A program made the position numbers and the translations under genes. From Octopus sinensis (Eukaryota): a stretch of DNA of 64,000 bases. Below the pieces are notes generated by a model. That model worked only from the letters and a program-made list of their open reading frames with translations. It ran no database searches and was not told where the DNA came from. The stretch spans positions 11,966,001 to 12,030,000 of the forward strand of contig NC_043018.1 of NCBI RefSeq assembly GCF_006345805.1, read 5' to 3'. Below are positions 38,975 through 51,386 of this stretch, in pieces (the first letter of the stretch is position 1; each line of letters starts with the position of its first letter).

Positions 38975-39478
38975 CCATAAATCCTCAAGTATAATCCGCA
39001 TTTTTTCCCCAAAATTTAAAGGTCAAAATCCCTCGTGCGTACTATATACAAGGTTAAAAATGAAAATCATTTTCTAAGCAATGTCTGAGTCTCTATTTGC
39101 TGTCTGGCAATGTTTTTCAGATGCATTTTGTGATGTCAGGCGTGAAAATACCTTAAGCTAAGTCTGAAAGCAATGAAGTCATAAAAGAATCATCCATAAC
39201 TTGCAGTAAGCAACATTTATTAAAATAAAAGTATTCAGAACACAGAATAACATGTAAAAAAAACAATTTGCAAACATATTTACATTCCCATATAACAGTT
39301 AAGAACATCACCATTATTGTATTACGCATGCACGGAAGTGTTTGTTCGACTAGGTGCTGCTGGCTTAATTATGCACAACTCAAGTTAGAGAAGTGGTGCA
39401 TATTAAACACAAGGTTTAGGTTTTTCAGAGGTACAGCCCTCTAAAAATCCCCTGTGTATTATACTCAAGGATCTACAG
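38975..39478. mobile_element. Tigger/pogo-type non-autonomous DNA transposon
   Basis: TA|ccataaatcctcaagtataat ... attatactcaaggatctacag|TA: imperfect ~21-bp TIR and TA TSD. Confidence 0.8.
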
Positions 39479-39502
39479 TATATATATATATATATATATA
39501 TA

Positions 39503-39885
39503 GTGGAGGCGCAATAGCCCAGTGCTTAGGACAGCAGACTCGCAGTCATATGATCTTGGTTTCAATCACCAAACCAGGTTTTGTGAGAGTTTATTGAGCG
39601 AAAACAGCTAAAGCTCCACAAGGCTCTGGCAGGGAGTGGTGGTGAACCCTGCTGTACTCTTTCACCATAACTTTCTCTCACTCTCTCTTCCTGTTTCTGT
39701 TGTACATGTATTTCGATGGGCCAGCTTTGTCACACTCTATGTCACACTGAATCTCCCTGAGAACTACATTAAGAGTACACATGTCTGTGGAGTACTCAAC
39801 CAGTTGCAGGTTAATTTCATGAGCAGGCTGTTCTGTTGATCAGATCAACTGGAACTCTTGTCGTCGTAACCAATGGAGTGCCACG
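39503..39885 (+). mobile_element. tRNA-derived SINE, family C
   Basis: tRNA-like head (tagcccagtgcttagg ... ggtttcaatcacc), inserted in (TA)n. Confidence 0.7.
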
Positions 39886-40156
39886 AGATATATATATATA
39901 TACCAAATATATACGTTTTTATCATTTTTTTGCAATTTACTTAATCATCGGTATATTATTGTTATTTTAATTTTAATATTTCTATTATATGTAGTTTTCT
40001 AGATGGTGTAATTTAATTGTTCATTTTGAATTGATAAAAGGTGGTTTTTTTCTAATTTTTATATATATATATATTATATTGCGTGAAATTTGATTTAGTA
40101 TTTCTAAATTGAATTTTTCCCTGTAAGTTAGGATTAATATTCCCTCAAATAATTAT

Positions 40157-40190
<34 letters not shown>

Positions 40191-40229
40191 GACTGCACAT
40201 TCTGAACTGACTAATCAAATGAATCAAAC

Positions 40230-40280
40230 CTTTATGCAGCAGATTTTGTCAATGTTGTCTTTACACTTAATATGGACCAC
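40230..40280 (-). CDS. Cadherin-repeat protein, coding exon 4
   Basis: ttttcatttcag|GTGGTC...ATAAAG|gtttga; 51 nt, phase 0-0; VVHIKCKDNIDKICCIK fills the F-G strand gap of EC1. The donor is weak. Confidence 0.7.
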
Positions 40281-40320
40281 CTGAAATGAAAAGTGAAATA
40301 TAGCATTATAATGGTATACA

Positions 40321-40321
40321 G

Positions 40322-40358
<37 letters not shown>

Positions 40359-40628
40359 CACGTGTTCATGTACATGTGTGTGTGTGTGTGTTGTGTGTGT
40401 GTGTTGTGTGTGTATTGTGTGTGTGTGTGTTGTGTGTGTGTTGTGTGTGTGTGTTGTGTGTGTGTTGTGTGTGTGTGTGTTGTGTGTGTATTGTGTGTGT
40501 GTGTGTTGTGTGTGTATTGTGTGTGTGTGTGTGTTGTGTGTGTGTGTGTGTGTGTTGTGTGTGTGTGTTGTGTGTGTGTGTGTGTGGTGTTGTGTGTGTG
40601 TGTGTGTGTGAATGTGTGTGTGTGTGTG
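40321..40628. repeat. Compound (GT)n/(GTT-GTGT)n microsatellite
   Basis: Directly visible; source of the C/V and T/H-rich artefact ORFs. Confidence 0.97.
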
Positions 40629-40642
40629 CTTCTCTGTCTATG

Positions 40643-40960
40643 AGAAATGAGGATAAGCACAAGTTTATGTTATGTTATGGTTCCTGTGCTCATTTCACCA
40701 TTCTGGTTGTTTAGAGCCCTGCAATAGGTGTTCCAAGTGCATTTAGATGCTCAACCACTTTGGTTCATCAGGGAACACTGCATTACATTAAGTTACAGAT
40801 AACTATGTCCCATAATGCAATAAAATGTTCCCTGACGATTCCTGATGTCATTAAGCATCTAAATGGATTTGGAACACCTATTGCTGGGTTCCAAACAACC
40901 AGAAAGGTGAAATCAGCATTGGAACCATAACACAAGCTTGCGTTTATTCTTATTTGTTCT
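40643..40960. mobile_element. Fold-back MITE with ~110-bp imperfect arms
   Basis: gcaataggtgttccaa/ttggaacacctattgc, catttagatgct/agcatctaaatg and inner cagggaaca/tgttccctg pairs. Confidence 0.85.
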
Positions 40961-41086
40961 GTAGTTCATAACCAGTAATACGACTCATTATAGAAGTTAC
41001 TTAGCAACAATACAAGAAGCAGACTGGATTATGATAATTAAAGAGGAGCATTAAACATAATGGTAGCAAGCTTCCACTTTGATATA

Positions 41087-41301
41087 CTCTTTTACTCATT
41101 TCAGTCATTTGACTGTAGCCATGCTGGAGCACTGCCTTTAGTCGAGCAAATTGACCCCAGGACTTATTCTTTGTAAGCCTAGTACTTATTCTATCGGTCT
41201 CTTTTGCCGAACCGCTAAGTTACAGGGACGTAAACACACCAGCATCGGTTGTCAAGTGATGTTGGGGGTACAAACACAGACACACAGACATATACACACA
41301 C

Positions 41302-41332
<31 letters not shown>

Positions 41333-41490
41333 ACGGGCTTCTTTCAGTTTCCATCTACCAAATCCACTCACAAGGCTTTGGTCAGCCTGAAGCTATAGTA
41401 GAAGACACTTGCCCAAGGTGCCACGCAGTGGGACTGAACCTGTAACCATGTGGTTCATAAGCAAGCTACTTACCACACAGCCACTCCTAC
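41087..41490 (-). mobile_element. SINE family A, full length
   Basis: Reverse complement of the 24167-24573 family. Confidence 0.9.
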
Positions 41491-41645
41491 AATATGGGAA
41501 AAATTTTAAACCTTCTTCGCCAATAAACTACAATTGTTCCTGAAAGTTGTTTTTTCATACTTTCTACAATGGACTGCTTGAAGCTTACAAACTTCCTACA
41601 GCTGGATCCTTGGATGTTACATTTACATTTATACACACATGCACA

Positions 41646-41688
<43 letters not shown>

Positions 41689-42849
41689 TTATTAATGATT
41701 CAAAATTTTCACAAAACTGTTACTCAGAGTTTCATATTACCAATTCTCAGACAGTTATGATGAATACTCTGGGTAACAGCTTTGTGAAAACTTTGCAGCT
41801 TTGGTAAAAGCATATTACCCAACACCTCTGTGACCTCTCAAGCGACACTTTTCGTTTCTGTGTATGTTCTTGCTCCACTTACTCCGTTCTGTTCTTCTAA
41901 GGTGTGTATCCTTGTGTGTGTGTGTGTGTGTGTGTGTGTCATAGTTTCAGCAGCAGTGTGGCCTTCCTCTCACCCCCATTGTGCTGCTGCTGCTATCCTA
42001 AGACCCGAAAATATGGCCCAGTTCCTGTATTCTTCTGTGTTTGCCCATGCTGTTGCTGTTGCTGTTGCTGTTGTTGTTGCTGTTGCTGTTGCTGTTGTTG
42101 TTGTTATTGCCATTATTGTCACTGCCACTGCTGCAGTCATTGTTAATCATGTTGTTGACATTGTTGTGGCTGTCTGTGGAATTTCTTGTTTAGATCAACT
42201 CAGGTTGATCTAAATTTGCCAAAAAAGGCTGCGGAAATTTTAGCTTCAAGACTTAGAGAAAAACTTACTTCAAATACATACATTACATTTTAAAGGAAAA
42301 GAGAACTTCTTCAATATTTTAGAATAGAGGATAGGTTAGTATATTGCTGTGGACTATTTAGTTTGTTACAGGAGATGGGGGTTGAATTTTACAATGCAAA
42401 TGATTGACCCTTGTTTTTAAACAGTTTGAAAAGAAGTCTTAAGTGTGTGTTGTTGCATAATGGCAATCTATAAGGTTTAATACTGATTGGACTCTTAGCA
42501 AAATTAAAAGTAAAGTATGAACATATAAAAAAGGTTTTAAATCTTATCAAATATAGGGAGCACAAGTTAATCATATGTGTTGACTTAAAAATGTTTAATT
42601 TTCTGCTAGGATAACAAACAGGGTTTACTAAATATCCCTGCTTCCTTTGCTTATGGGACAATAAAGCCAAGGAAGAACATTATTTTAAACAAATCTGACC
42701 AGCACAAGCATTACTTACTATAGAAAGGCAAAAACATAATTAATCATATTTCCTCTTCTGCATATCAGGCCTTATCAAACAATATGTAAAAGTTTAGATA
42801 TGAACAGTGAGTATTTCAAATACATTACTTCAAAATTTCCATGTTTAAG

Positions 42850-43590
42850 TTATGAAAATATGAAGGCAGGAATTTTCGATGATCCACAAATAAGGGGCAT
42901 CAATTAAAGACTGCGATTTTCCTAATGTCATGAATGAATGCAAGAAATATGTCTGGTTCTCATTCGTGGACTTGATAGAAAAGCATTTTAGGCAAGTTAC
43001 AGGGGAGATAACTATGAAGAAATCATAAAAAAAAACTTTTAAGGGACTACAAAGAGTTAGGTTGCAATATGAGCATAAAAATGAAGTTTTGCGGATATCC
43101 ATTGTGACCAATTTCCAAGTAATTTAGGTGCTGTACGTGAACAAAGGGGGAGATTCCACCAAGACATCGAAATTATAGAGGAACAGTACCTAAAACACTG
43201 AGATTCCCATATGATGACTGATTATTTATCGTGCTTGGAAAGAGACCTGCTATCAACAAGCAAATATGCTAGAAAGTCTAAAAAAAAAAAAATTTTTTTT
43301 GCCAGAGTGAAAGCTTCATATCTTTTTATTTTTATTTTAAATCTTTTCTATTGTTATAATGTAATTTTCAGTAGTTTGAACTGATTGTGTTCATGAAACT
43401 TGAAAGTAAATCTGAACACGTGACTTAATTTTTTAGTCCTAATTTGAAAAATCTAGAAAATGACACATAAGCCGTTGACCAAAATGAGGACCTAATGGAG
43501 CCAAATCTTGTTAAAATTTGGATTCAGCACAACCCATATTCTTTAGAATCAAGTGTCAGATATCATTCAATAAAATCTGTGTTCTCCAGT
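42850..43590 (+). mobile_element. DNA-transposon transposase C-terminal remnant and right end (superfamily not assigned)
   Basis: FPSNLGAVREQRG..FHQDI...Y...W...MMTDY pattern (frameshifted); ends ...ccagtg. Confidence 0.55.
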
Positions 43591-43863
43591 GTAATTATTT
43601 AACATCAACTGTGTTTTAGTGAGTAATTGTTATATTTTAGATATTTTTTTTAATAAAATATAGTGTTTCTCTATAACTAGAACATATGCACAGCAAAGGA
43701 AAATTATTCCAGAAATTATTTTGTTTTGCTTTTTTTTTTTATCAATAAGCATCAATTTCCCCTGAGTGAAACTTTAACTGTGAATGTATGTTTTTGGAAA
43801 GAAACATCTATAAAGAAGTTTAGAATATTCATAAAAGTCTCAAATTATTTCAAATGATTTTAC

Positions 43864-44024
43864 CTTCCTTTCTTTGCCTGATTCTTTATCCAACTCCAGC
43901 ACGTTTCCCGTCTGCACTGATCCAATAAGACTATTATTCCCAGATACATTGAAACAATAATTAGGAATTGGGCAGACACTTTCCATTGGTATCAATGAAC
44001 TAGAGAATTTTACATTTGAACTAT
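43864..44024 (-). CDS. Cadherin-repeat protein, coding exon 3 (atypical EC1)
   Basis: ctttttcag|ATAGT...GGAAG|gtaaaa; 161 nt, phase 1-0; SSNVKF...CPIPNYCFNVSG...LELDKESGKERK with an LDRE-like LDKE motif. Confidence 0.85.
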
Positions 44025-44129
44025 CTGAAAAAGTAAGAAGTAATTTAAAATAGCATGCATCTATATTTTAAGTGTCTTATGAATTTTTACAGAATCATTA
44101 TCACCATCCCCCTCCTCATACTCACCACC

Positions 44130-44162
<33 letters not shown>

Positions 44163-45472
44163 GTTTTCTATGCTTGTATGAGTCACAGTGGAATTTATTG
44201 AGACAGACTCTCAATAACCAAATGCTCTTCTATCACAAACCCTCACTTGCATCCTGGCTTCATGACCAGCAAGCATGTAGCCACGTGGGTGGGTGGAGCA
44301 ATGGCATGCCCCCTACCCTCTGTTAAAATTTCAGTCCCTCCGGGTTTGAGAATTTGTGTTATTCACTCTTGGAAGAATGCAGTATATACAAAATGCCTCA
44401 GCCTGTAGCATTCGTGGACAGTTGAAAACATTACTTTTAACAACAAAAAAACAAACTTCTTCACATCCCTTTTGTGAACAATTTTATTAAATGTAGACAC
44501 TTTAGGTCGCTAAAGAGGCACTAGATTATTTTCTTTGATTTAGTGGTATGTGAAAACATGGGTAATTACAAACATATGTGTGTGCGTGCATGCGTGTGTG
44601 AGTGTGTGTACTATAGAACTGGTCAGTACTGAAAGCAATGCCATCTTAATTCCCTATAGAGAAATAAACTGGAGACAGATTTATGTATGTAAAAGTACTG
44701 ACTACTTTATCTCTGGCGACAAAAGTCTTGTAGGTACACGGTTGTGTGTGTGCATACAGAGAGAGAGAGAGAGAGAGAGAGAGTGAGAGAAGGAGACAGA
44801 GAGGGACAGAGCGAGAGAGGGACAGAGAAAGTGTTACGGTACTGGTAAAGCACACATATACACACACACATATATTGTTGAAGACAGATGAAAATTAACA
44901 AGTCATTTTCTTCCCATCAGTGTAGAACCAGATTACTGAACCTAAAATTTATAAATTTATAAAATTTGGTTTCTTATGCCACAAACAACTCACTCTGTCG
45001 CTACATAAATATAAATCAGTATAAAGTGTTGGTTAAAGTGTTCTTATTCAACTGACATTAGTGTAAGATCACTCAACGGAGTATGCCTTTAGGTTAGTGT
45101 ACTATGGAGTGTTGGTACAATAATGATTCGCTGCCAAAAAAGAGAACTGAAACAATCATTGCTGAATTTCCAATCTGATTCATCTAAGACTAAACAGAAA
45201 ACAATTGCAAACAAAGAAGTTTTGCAGCTCAAGGAAGGTAGTATTTTTTTTGCAAGGACGATTTTCTTCAATTTTTTGCATTGCATTTCTGTAGATTGCA
45301 TGGTTTTTAGGGTTCTGTTCAGCACCCCCGGCTATCAAGATAGTCCCCCACCAGTTACAACTGGCTGGCAATGTGCCTGATGACCAGACATGTTTTTGTA
45401 GAAGATTGGAAATGAATGAGACTGCTTGTATGGCAAAGACACTCATTACAGTCATACAATGACAAGACACAA

Positions 45473-45545
<73 letters not shown>

Positions 45546-45625
45546 CAATGAGTTTCTTTCAGTTTCCATTCACCAAATTCAATTACAAGGCTTTAGTTGT
45601 CCTAAAATTATATATTTCTTTACTA

Positions 45626-45845
45626 CCCACAAGGGCCCAAACACAGAGAGGACAAACAAGGACAGACAAATGGATTAAGTTGATTACATCGACCCCAGTG
45701 TGTAACTGGTACTTAATTTATCAACCCCAAAAGGATGAAAGGCAAAGTTGACCTTGGCAGAATTTGAACTCAGAATGTAACGGCAGACGAAATACAGCTA
45801 CGCATTTTGCCCGGCATGCTAACGTTTCTACCAGCTCGCCACCCT
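45626..45845 (-). mobile_element. SINE family B
   Basis: Reverse complement of the 18080 family; another copy at 52828-53045 (-) and degraded copies at 10720-11560 and 62385-62530. Confidence 0.85.
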
Positions 45846-46489
45846 AAGATTATAATCACAGACATCTGTCCAAGTTGCCCCACAGTGGGACTGAAGCCCA
45901 AACCATGAAGTTGGGAAGCACCATGCACTTAAACTATTCTTCAAAACATTAATCTCAAAATATATTTGTTTCCTTAGCAAAACAGTGTTTCAGATAATTT
46001 AATTTCTTTTCTTTGTCAAGGGATACGTAATATGTATATAAACTCAAGAAGGGATTACACGTCAGGGTGAATGCTGTTGTTTAGCTTTAGATCAGGTCTG
46101 AGTGAGCAGTTCTAAAATCGAAAATTTGGACAAGCAAATCTGTGCCCCAATTGCTGAAGTAGGGATCACAAGGAAAGTTTCATCATGAACATAGCAGAGG
46201 CATGGGAAAAGATAGCAACGGTGAAAGACAAGAACAAATCCTGAAAAAATATTAAAATAAAATCATTTGGTGGTTGCACCTGGTTTGTTGTAGTTGCTTC
46301 ATGGCTAATAAGAGTAAAAAGCAAGCTCCAATACAAGTGAAAAGAATTTGGACAATCTCTGGTAGCATCAATACTGCTCAGTATCAATGAAGAGGCCAAG
46401 GAAGGTGGTTAAATCATTGTGATACACAGCTGAATCTGATGAAGAGCAACTTTGTCTATACAAATCATATTCTTTCATTCTTTTTTTTT

Positions 46490-46728
46490 CTTTTGTTTGT
46501 TTCAGTCATTTGACTGCTGCCATGCTGGAGCACTGCCCTTTAGTCAAGCAAATCGACCCCAGGGCTTATTCTTTGTAAGCCTAGTACTTATTCTATCAGT
46601 CTCTCTTGCTGAGCTGCTAAGTGACGGGGACGTAACCACATCAGCATTGGATGTCAAGCAATGTTGGCGGGGACAAAAACAGAGACACAAACACACACAC
46701 ACATACACACACACACAAACACACACAA

Positions 46729-46793
<65 letters not shown>

Positions 46794-46880
46794 ACGGGCT
46801 TCTTTCAGTTTCCATGCAGTGGGACTGAACCCGGAACCATGTGGATAGTAAGCAAGCTACTTACCACACAGCCACTCCTG
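46490..46880 (-). mobile_element. SINE family A with an internal deletion
   Basis: Tail and head match family A; the segment between ...cagtttcca and tgcagtggga is missing. Confidence 0.85.
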
Positions 46881-47609
46881 CACCTATATGTAAAGGTGTC
46901 AGGTAATACTGAATAAGTGTATAGACAGACCATAGTTAGTTTTGTGAATAAGGGGTTCAACTTTGGTTCTTAAGAATTTTTTGCATAATGAGATAAAAAA
47001 CCAAGGCTGTGTAGATAGAACATTTATAGATAAAAGGTCTTACAGCTGTTTCCAGGATATTTATTAATTATATCCCTTCATCGGAAACGGTGTGAGAGGA
47101 TGGTTAAGTCATGGTTAGTTTAGATGTGATACAAAATAGAGAGTGAGGTGGAGGAAAGAAAATAGATGCAAGATATGTATGGGTTTTGAAGTTGTGGATC
47201 CATTTTTTAGGTAGAATGGTATATATGTAAGATTCCAATACCTTATGAGTAAAGTCCGACAGAGTTTAAAATGGGTCCTTCCAAATATAGAGTTTATACA
47301 CAATGTAAGATTCCAATACTTTATAAGTGAGATCCAGCAGTTTTTAAACTTGGTCATGCACCCATATATATATATATATTATATATATATATATATATAT
47401 GCATATATACATACATATATGTACATAATTACATATATATGGTTACAGGACATCAAAAAAACGTTGAACACAATGAGAAACAAAAACATAAAAACAAAAC
47501 ATAGAAACGAACTTTTTTTCAAACAACGAAAAAAAAACAGAGAAACGAGACATACAACATAAAGAATATTCCCCTTCTTCAGTTGTTCCTGTTTCAACTA
47601 CTCCACGTT

Positions 47610-47643
<34 letters not shown>

Positions 47644-47775
47644 GGAGTAAACACATAAATGTGAAACAAGGTGGAAAAAAGAGTACTCAAATACCAGTGG
47701 TAGAGTAATATGCTTTATTTTAAGCAGCAGAAAATTCAACAAGATTTTGTTGAATTTTCTGCTGCTTAAAATAAA

Positions 47776-47826
<51 letters not shown>

Positions 47827-48099
47827 AAACAGAAAATGGAGAAATATTGATCAACAACGAATGACTAGCATCAATTATTGCTTTTTGATATAAATAGATT
47901 GTATCCTATCTAAAACCTGTTTCTCTTTCCAATGTTCCATGGTATTGTCATTGAAAATTCTGAAAATATTCATCATATTTGGTAACACATCTGATCTGGA
48001 ACATGGAGCTTCATCAGAGCAAAGAGAAATACATAAAAGAAAAGAAAAGAGGAAGAGCCTCAAGAAGAAGATGAGAATGGTATGATTAAATCGTACCAT

Positions 48100-49600
48100 T
48101 TTGCATATATGATACCTCAGGACCTTGACTAAACTTAAAATATTAATTGGTGGGTTCATTTTCCTATGGGGAGTAACAGGGTAACAGTAAAACTAACACC
48201 TGTTTCTTTATTTTTATAACTTATCAGGGTCCATATGTGTTTCCCTTTCTCTACTTCTTCCTGTTTTCCATTATTAGTCTCTTCTGATGTTACTGGTATC
48301 TTTCTTCTCTTTCTTCTCTGCATCTCTCTCACACAATGTTGTTGGCATCTCTCTTCTATCTTCCTTTCTTTTCTGCACACTCACTCTCTCCTCCATGTTC
48401 TTTCCCCTTGGTATAGCTGGTCTCACACACTGAGTCTCCTCTACGTTTTCCTTTCTCTTCTTCAGGGGACTCTTAGGTGGTGAGTCCGTGTTTCCCCCTC
48501 TTTTATTCTTTCTTTCTTACCGTATATTTTTCTCCCACATTTTCAGTATTCTTTTGACCCACTTGATTTTGCTCCTCAACTCTTTGTTCCTCTTCCTCTC
48601 CTTGCTGCTCCTGCTTTACCTCCTCTTCATGTTTCTAGGAACACCTAGCCTTCATGTGTCCCTGTACTCTACACTGGTAGCAGATGGGAGGTTTTCCCTC
48701 CACCACCACTTTTACTCTCTCTTCCTCGAGCAAGATGACCTCCTCTGCAATTTTATGTAGATCTGGTAAATGATTTGGACCATCACTTTGAGGCCATATC
48801 CCCAACAGTTTACCTCTGTTGTTCTTGTGACTTTCAGAACTTTCACTTCTTTCCCCGTGTTGTAGAGGATGGTTGCCACTAGCCATGCCTCGTCAATATC
48901 TGGCGGGGGCACTCTGCCAATCCTAACTCTAACAGCACATTTGCTACACTAGGTTGGCAGCAGCACCCACTCTGATAATCTCAATGGCACAGAGGAGTGC
49001 TTTATCGTGTCTTGTTTGCGCGCGAACCGAGCCTCCACTGTGCCATACTTCTTGCCTCTAGTATAGAATGTCGTGAGGCTTCTAATGTCCTTTAGACATT
49101 CTGCTACTACTTATGCAGTAGCTATTTCGATCTTTTGGGTTGTTGTGGACAGCCTTCTATAAATTACTGTCCTTTTAGTTGTCTTCGCTGTCACTTCTTT
49201 TGGCAGGGTCAACCTCAGGCTGGCACCTTCCTTTATTATAATTCATTAAACTTCTTCAATTTCTTTTCATCTATTTCTACTTTTCTTGTTTGTAATATAT
49301 CAGCAGTCAATCCTTTTCCAGTTGCTACAGCATAATTACCAGCTGGAACTGGTTGGCTCACCCATAAATGGGGAAGAAAACAATTAGGCAAAAATAATAA
49401 TTCAATAATTAACAATAGAAATGGGAGGCCTTCAACGAGTGATCAACAAAGTGACTTACACAGGTCAAAATGACTAAATACACAACATGGACTCTACCGT
49501 CAAACCGTCAAACTGTCCACCTTCAGTCATGTGGGGACGTTCAGGATTGTTTTTGTCGTTGGTAGCAGGTGTGGTAGTATAGAGATGAAGAGGAAGAGTG
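48100..49600 (-). mobile_element. Non-LTR ORF1 (gag-like) remnant with 5' UTR; no ORF2 seen
   Basis: YAVATG start-like motif, VRVRIGRVPPDI, and zinc knuckle CYQCRVQGHMKARC (CX2CX4HX4C); stops and frameshifts present. Confidence 0.65.
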
Positions 49601-49679
49601 TGTTGGCAGAGAAAGAAAAAGAAGGAGAATAGTAAAAATATTGGAAAGATATTAAAAAAATATCAAAAACATATCATAC

Positions 49680-49730
49680 CTGTTGTTTTAGGTTTATCAT
49701 GTAATGTTACAAACTCTGTGGCTGCACATT
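49680..49730 (-). CDS. Cadherin-repeat protein, coding exon 2
   Basis: tttttatttcag|AATGTGCA...ACAACAG|gtatga; 51 nt, phase 1-1; (K)CAATEFVTLHDKPKTT(D); joins exons 1 and 3 in frame. Confidence 0.8.
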
Positions 49731-50465
49731 CTGAAATAAAAAGAAAAATAGATAAATAAAATACTTAAATTGTAAACATTATATTATGTAAATATTTCGC
49801 ACCTCAGGAAGAGCCTTATGCAAACTAATGTAGTGTTTTGTTCTCTTTTCTTTCTCTGAAATAAGAAATCAGTCTTTGTTTGGATCCTTGTCTATCTCTG
49901 TGAATCTGGTACCTTTTCCCAACAGCAAAGTGACATGAAGCACACAACTGAGTGAAAAATGCAACCTAAAATATGACTCCAAGATATGGTACCTGTTCCT
50001 GAGAATAAATGACCAGAGGTAAAGAATCTGGAATACAGCTCCCAAATTTTGTATTTATTTTCCTATAACTAAGTGAGCTGAGGCACAGAACCCAAGTGAG
50101 ACCCACACTACAATACAAGTTCATAATTTGTGAGCTATTTTAAATGGCTGAGTATCTCACAGACGTTTGTACCTTTCATCTAGTCTTTCTGTAGACTCAG
50201 ATTGTAATTATGTGTAATGAGGCTGGGATCTTTGAAATAATGGCCCATCTGATAGGCTTCCAAAGAGTTTCTGGACATTCAATTTCACTAACAAAGCTTG
50301 AGTCAACTCGAGGCTCTAATAAATGTTGCTAGACATGAAACTGAACCCAGAACCTTAACAATTACAAAAGATATCAAGCAAATGAGGGAACCTGGGGTCA
50401 CTTAATCAGCTGGACAGCAACCAAATCTTTCTCAAAGTCATACTCTGAACTTTTAAAAAATGCAA

Positions 50466-50505
<40 letters not shown>

Positions 50506-50508
<3 letters not shown>

Positions 50509-50920
50509 GATGCAGGAATGGCTGTGTGGTAAGTAGCTTGCTTACCAACCACATGGTTCCGGGTTCAGTCCCACTGTGTGGCACCTTAGGCAAGTGTCTT
50601 CTACTATAGCCTCAGGCCAACCAAAGCCTTGTGAGTGGATTTGGTAGACGGAAACTGAAAGAAGCTCGTCATATATATATGTATATATATGTTTGTGTGT
50701 GAGTGTGTGTCTGTGTTTGTGTGTCTGTTTGCCTCCCCATCCCCCCATCGCTTGACAACCGATCCTGGTGTGTTTACATCCCCATAAATTAGCGATTCAG
50801 CAGAAGAGACCAATAGAATAAGTACTAGGCTTACAAAGTATAAGTCCTGGGGTCGATTTACTTGACTAAAAGGCGGTGCTCCAGCATGGCCACAGTCAAA
50901 TGACTGAAACAAGTAAAAGA

Positions 50921-50965
<45 letters not shown>

Positions 50966-51372
50966 GATGCAGGAATGGCTGTGTGGTAAGTAGCTTGCTT
51001 ACCAACCACATGGTTCCGGGTTCAGTCCCACTGTGTGGCACCTTAGGCAAGTGTCTTCTACTATAGCCTCAGGCCAACCAAAGCCTTGTGAGTGGATTTG
51101 GTAGACGGAAACTGAAAGAAGCCTGTCATATATATATGTATATATATGTATGTGTGTGAGTATATGTTTGTGTGTCTGTTTGCCTCCCCATCCCCCCATC
51201 GCTTGACAACCGATCCTGGTGTGTTTACATCCCCATAAATTAGCGATTCAGCAGAAGAGACCAATAGAATAAGTACTAGGCTTACAAAGTATAAGTCCTG
51301 GGGTCGATTTACTTGACTAAAAGGCGGTGCTCCAGCATGGCCACAGTCAAATGACTGAAACAAGTAAAAGAG
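50506..51372 (+). mobile_element. Tandem pair of SINE family A copies (period 457 bp)
   Basis: 50506-50921 and 50963-51372 share private variants and are separated by (TA)n. Confidence 0.92.
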
Positions 51373-51386
51373 TATATATATATATA

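Noticed and set aside
40232-40714. Cys/Val- and Thr/His-rich ORFs (also 3857-4210, 18570-19096, 41830-42213, 45180-45751, 61398-61638)
   Set aside because: They are translations of (GT)n, (CA)n, (TA)n and (GTT)n microsatellites.
45089-45325. Possible hAT catalytic-region fragment (FCLVLDES)
   Set aside because: Only one short motif matches, which is too weak to list as a feature.
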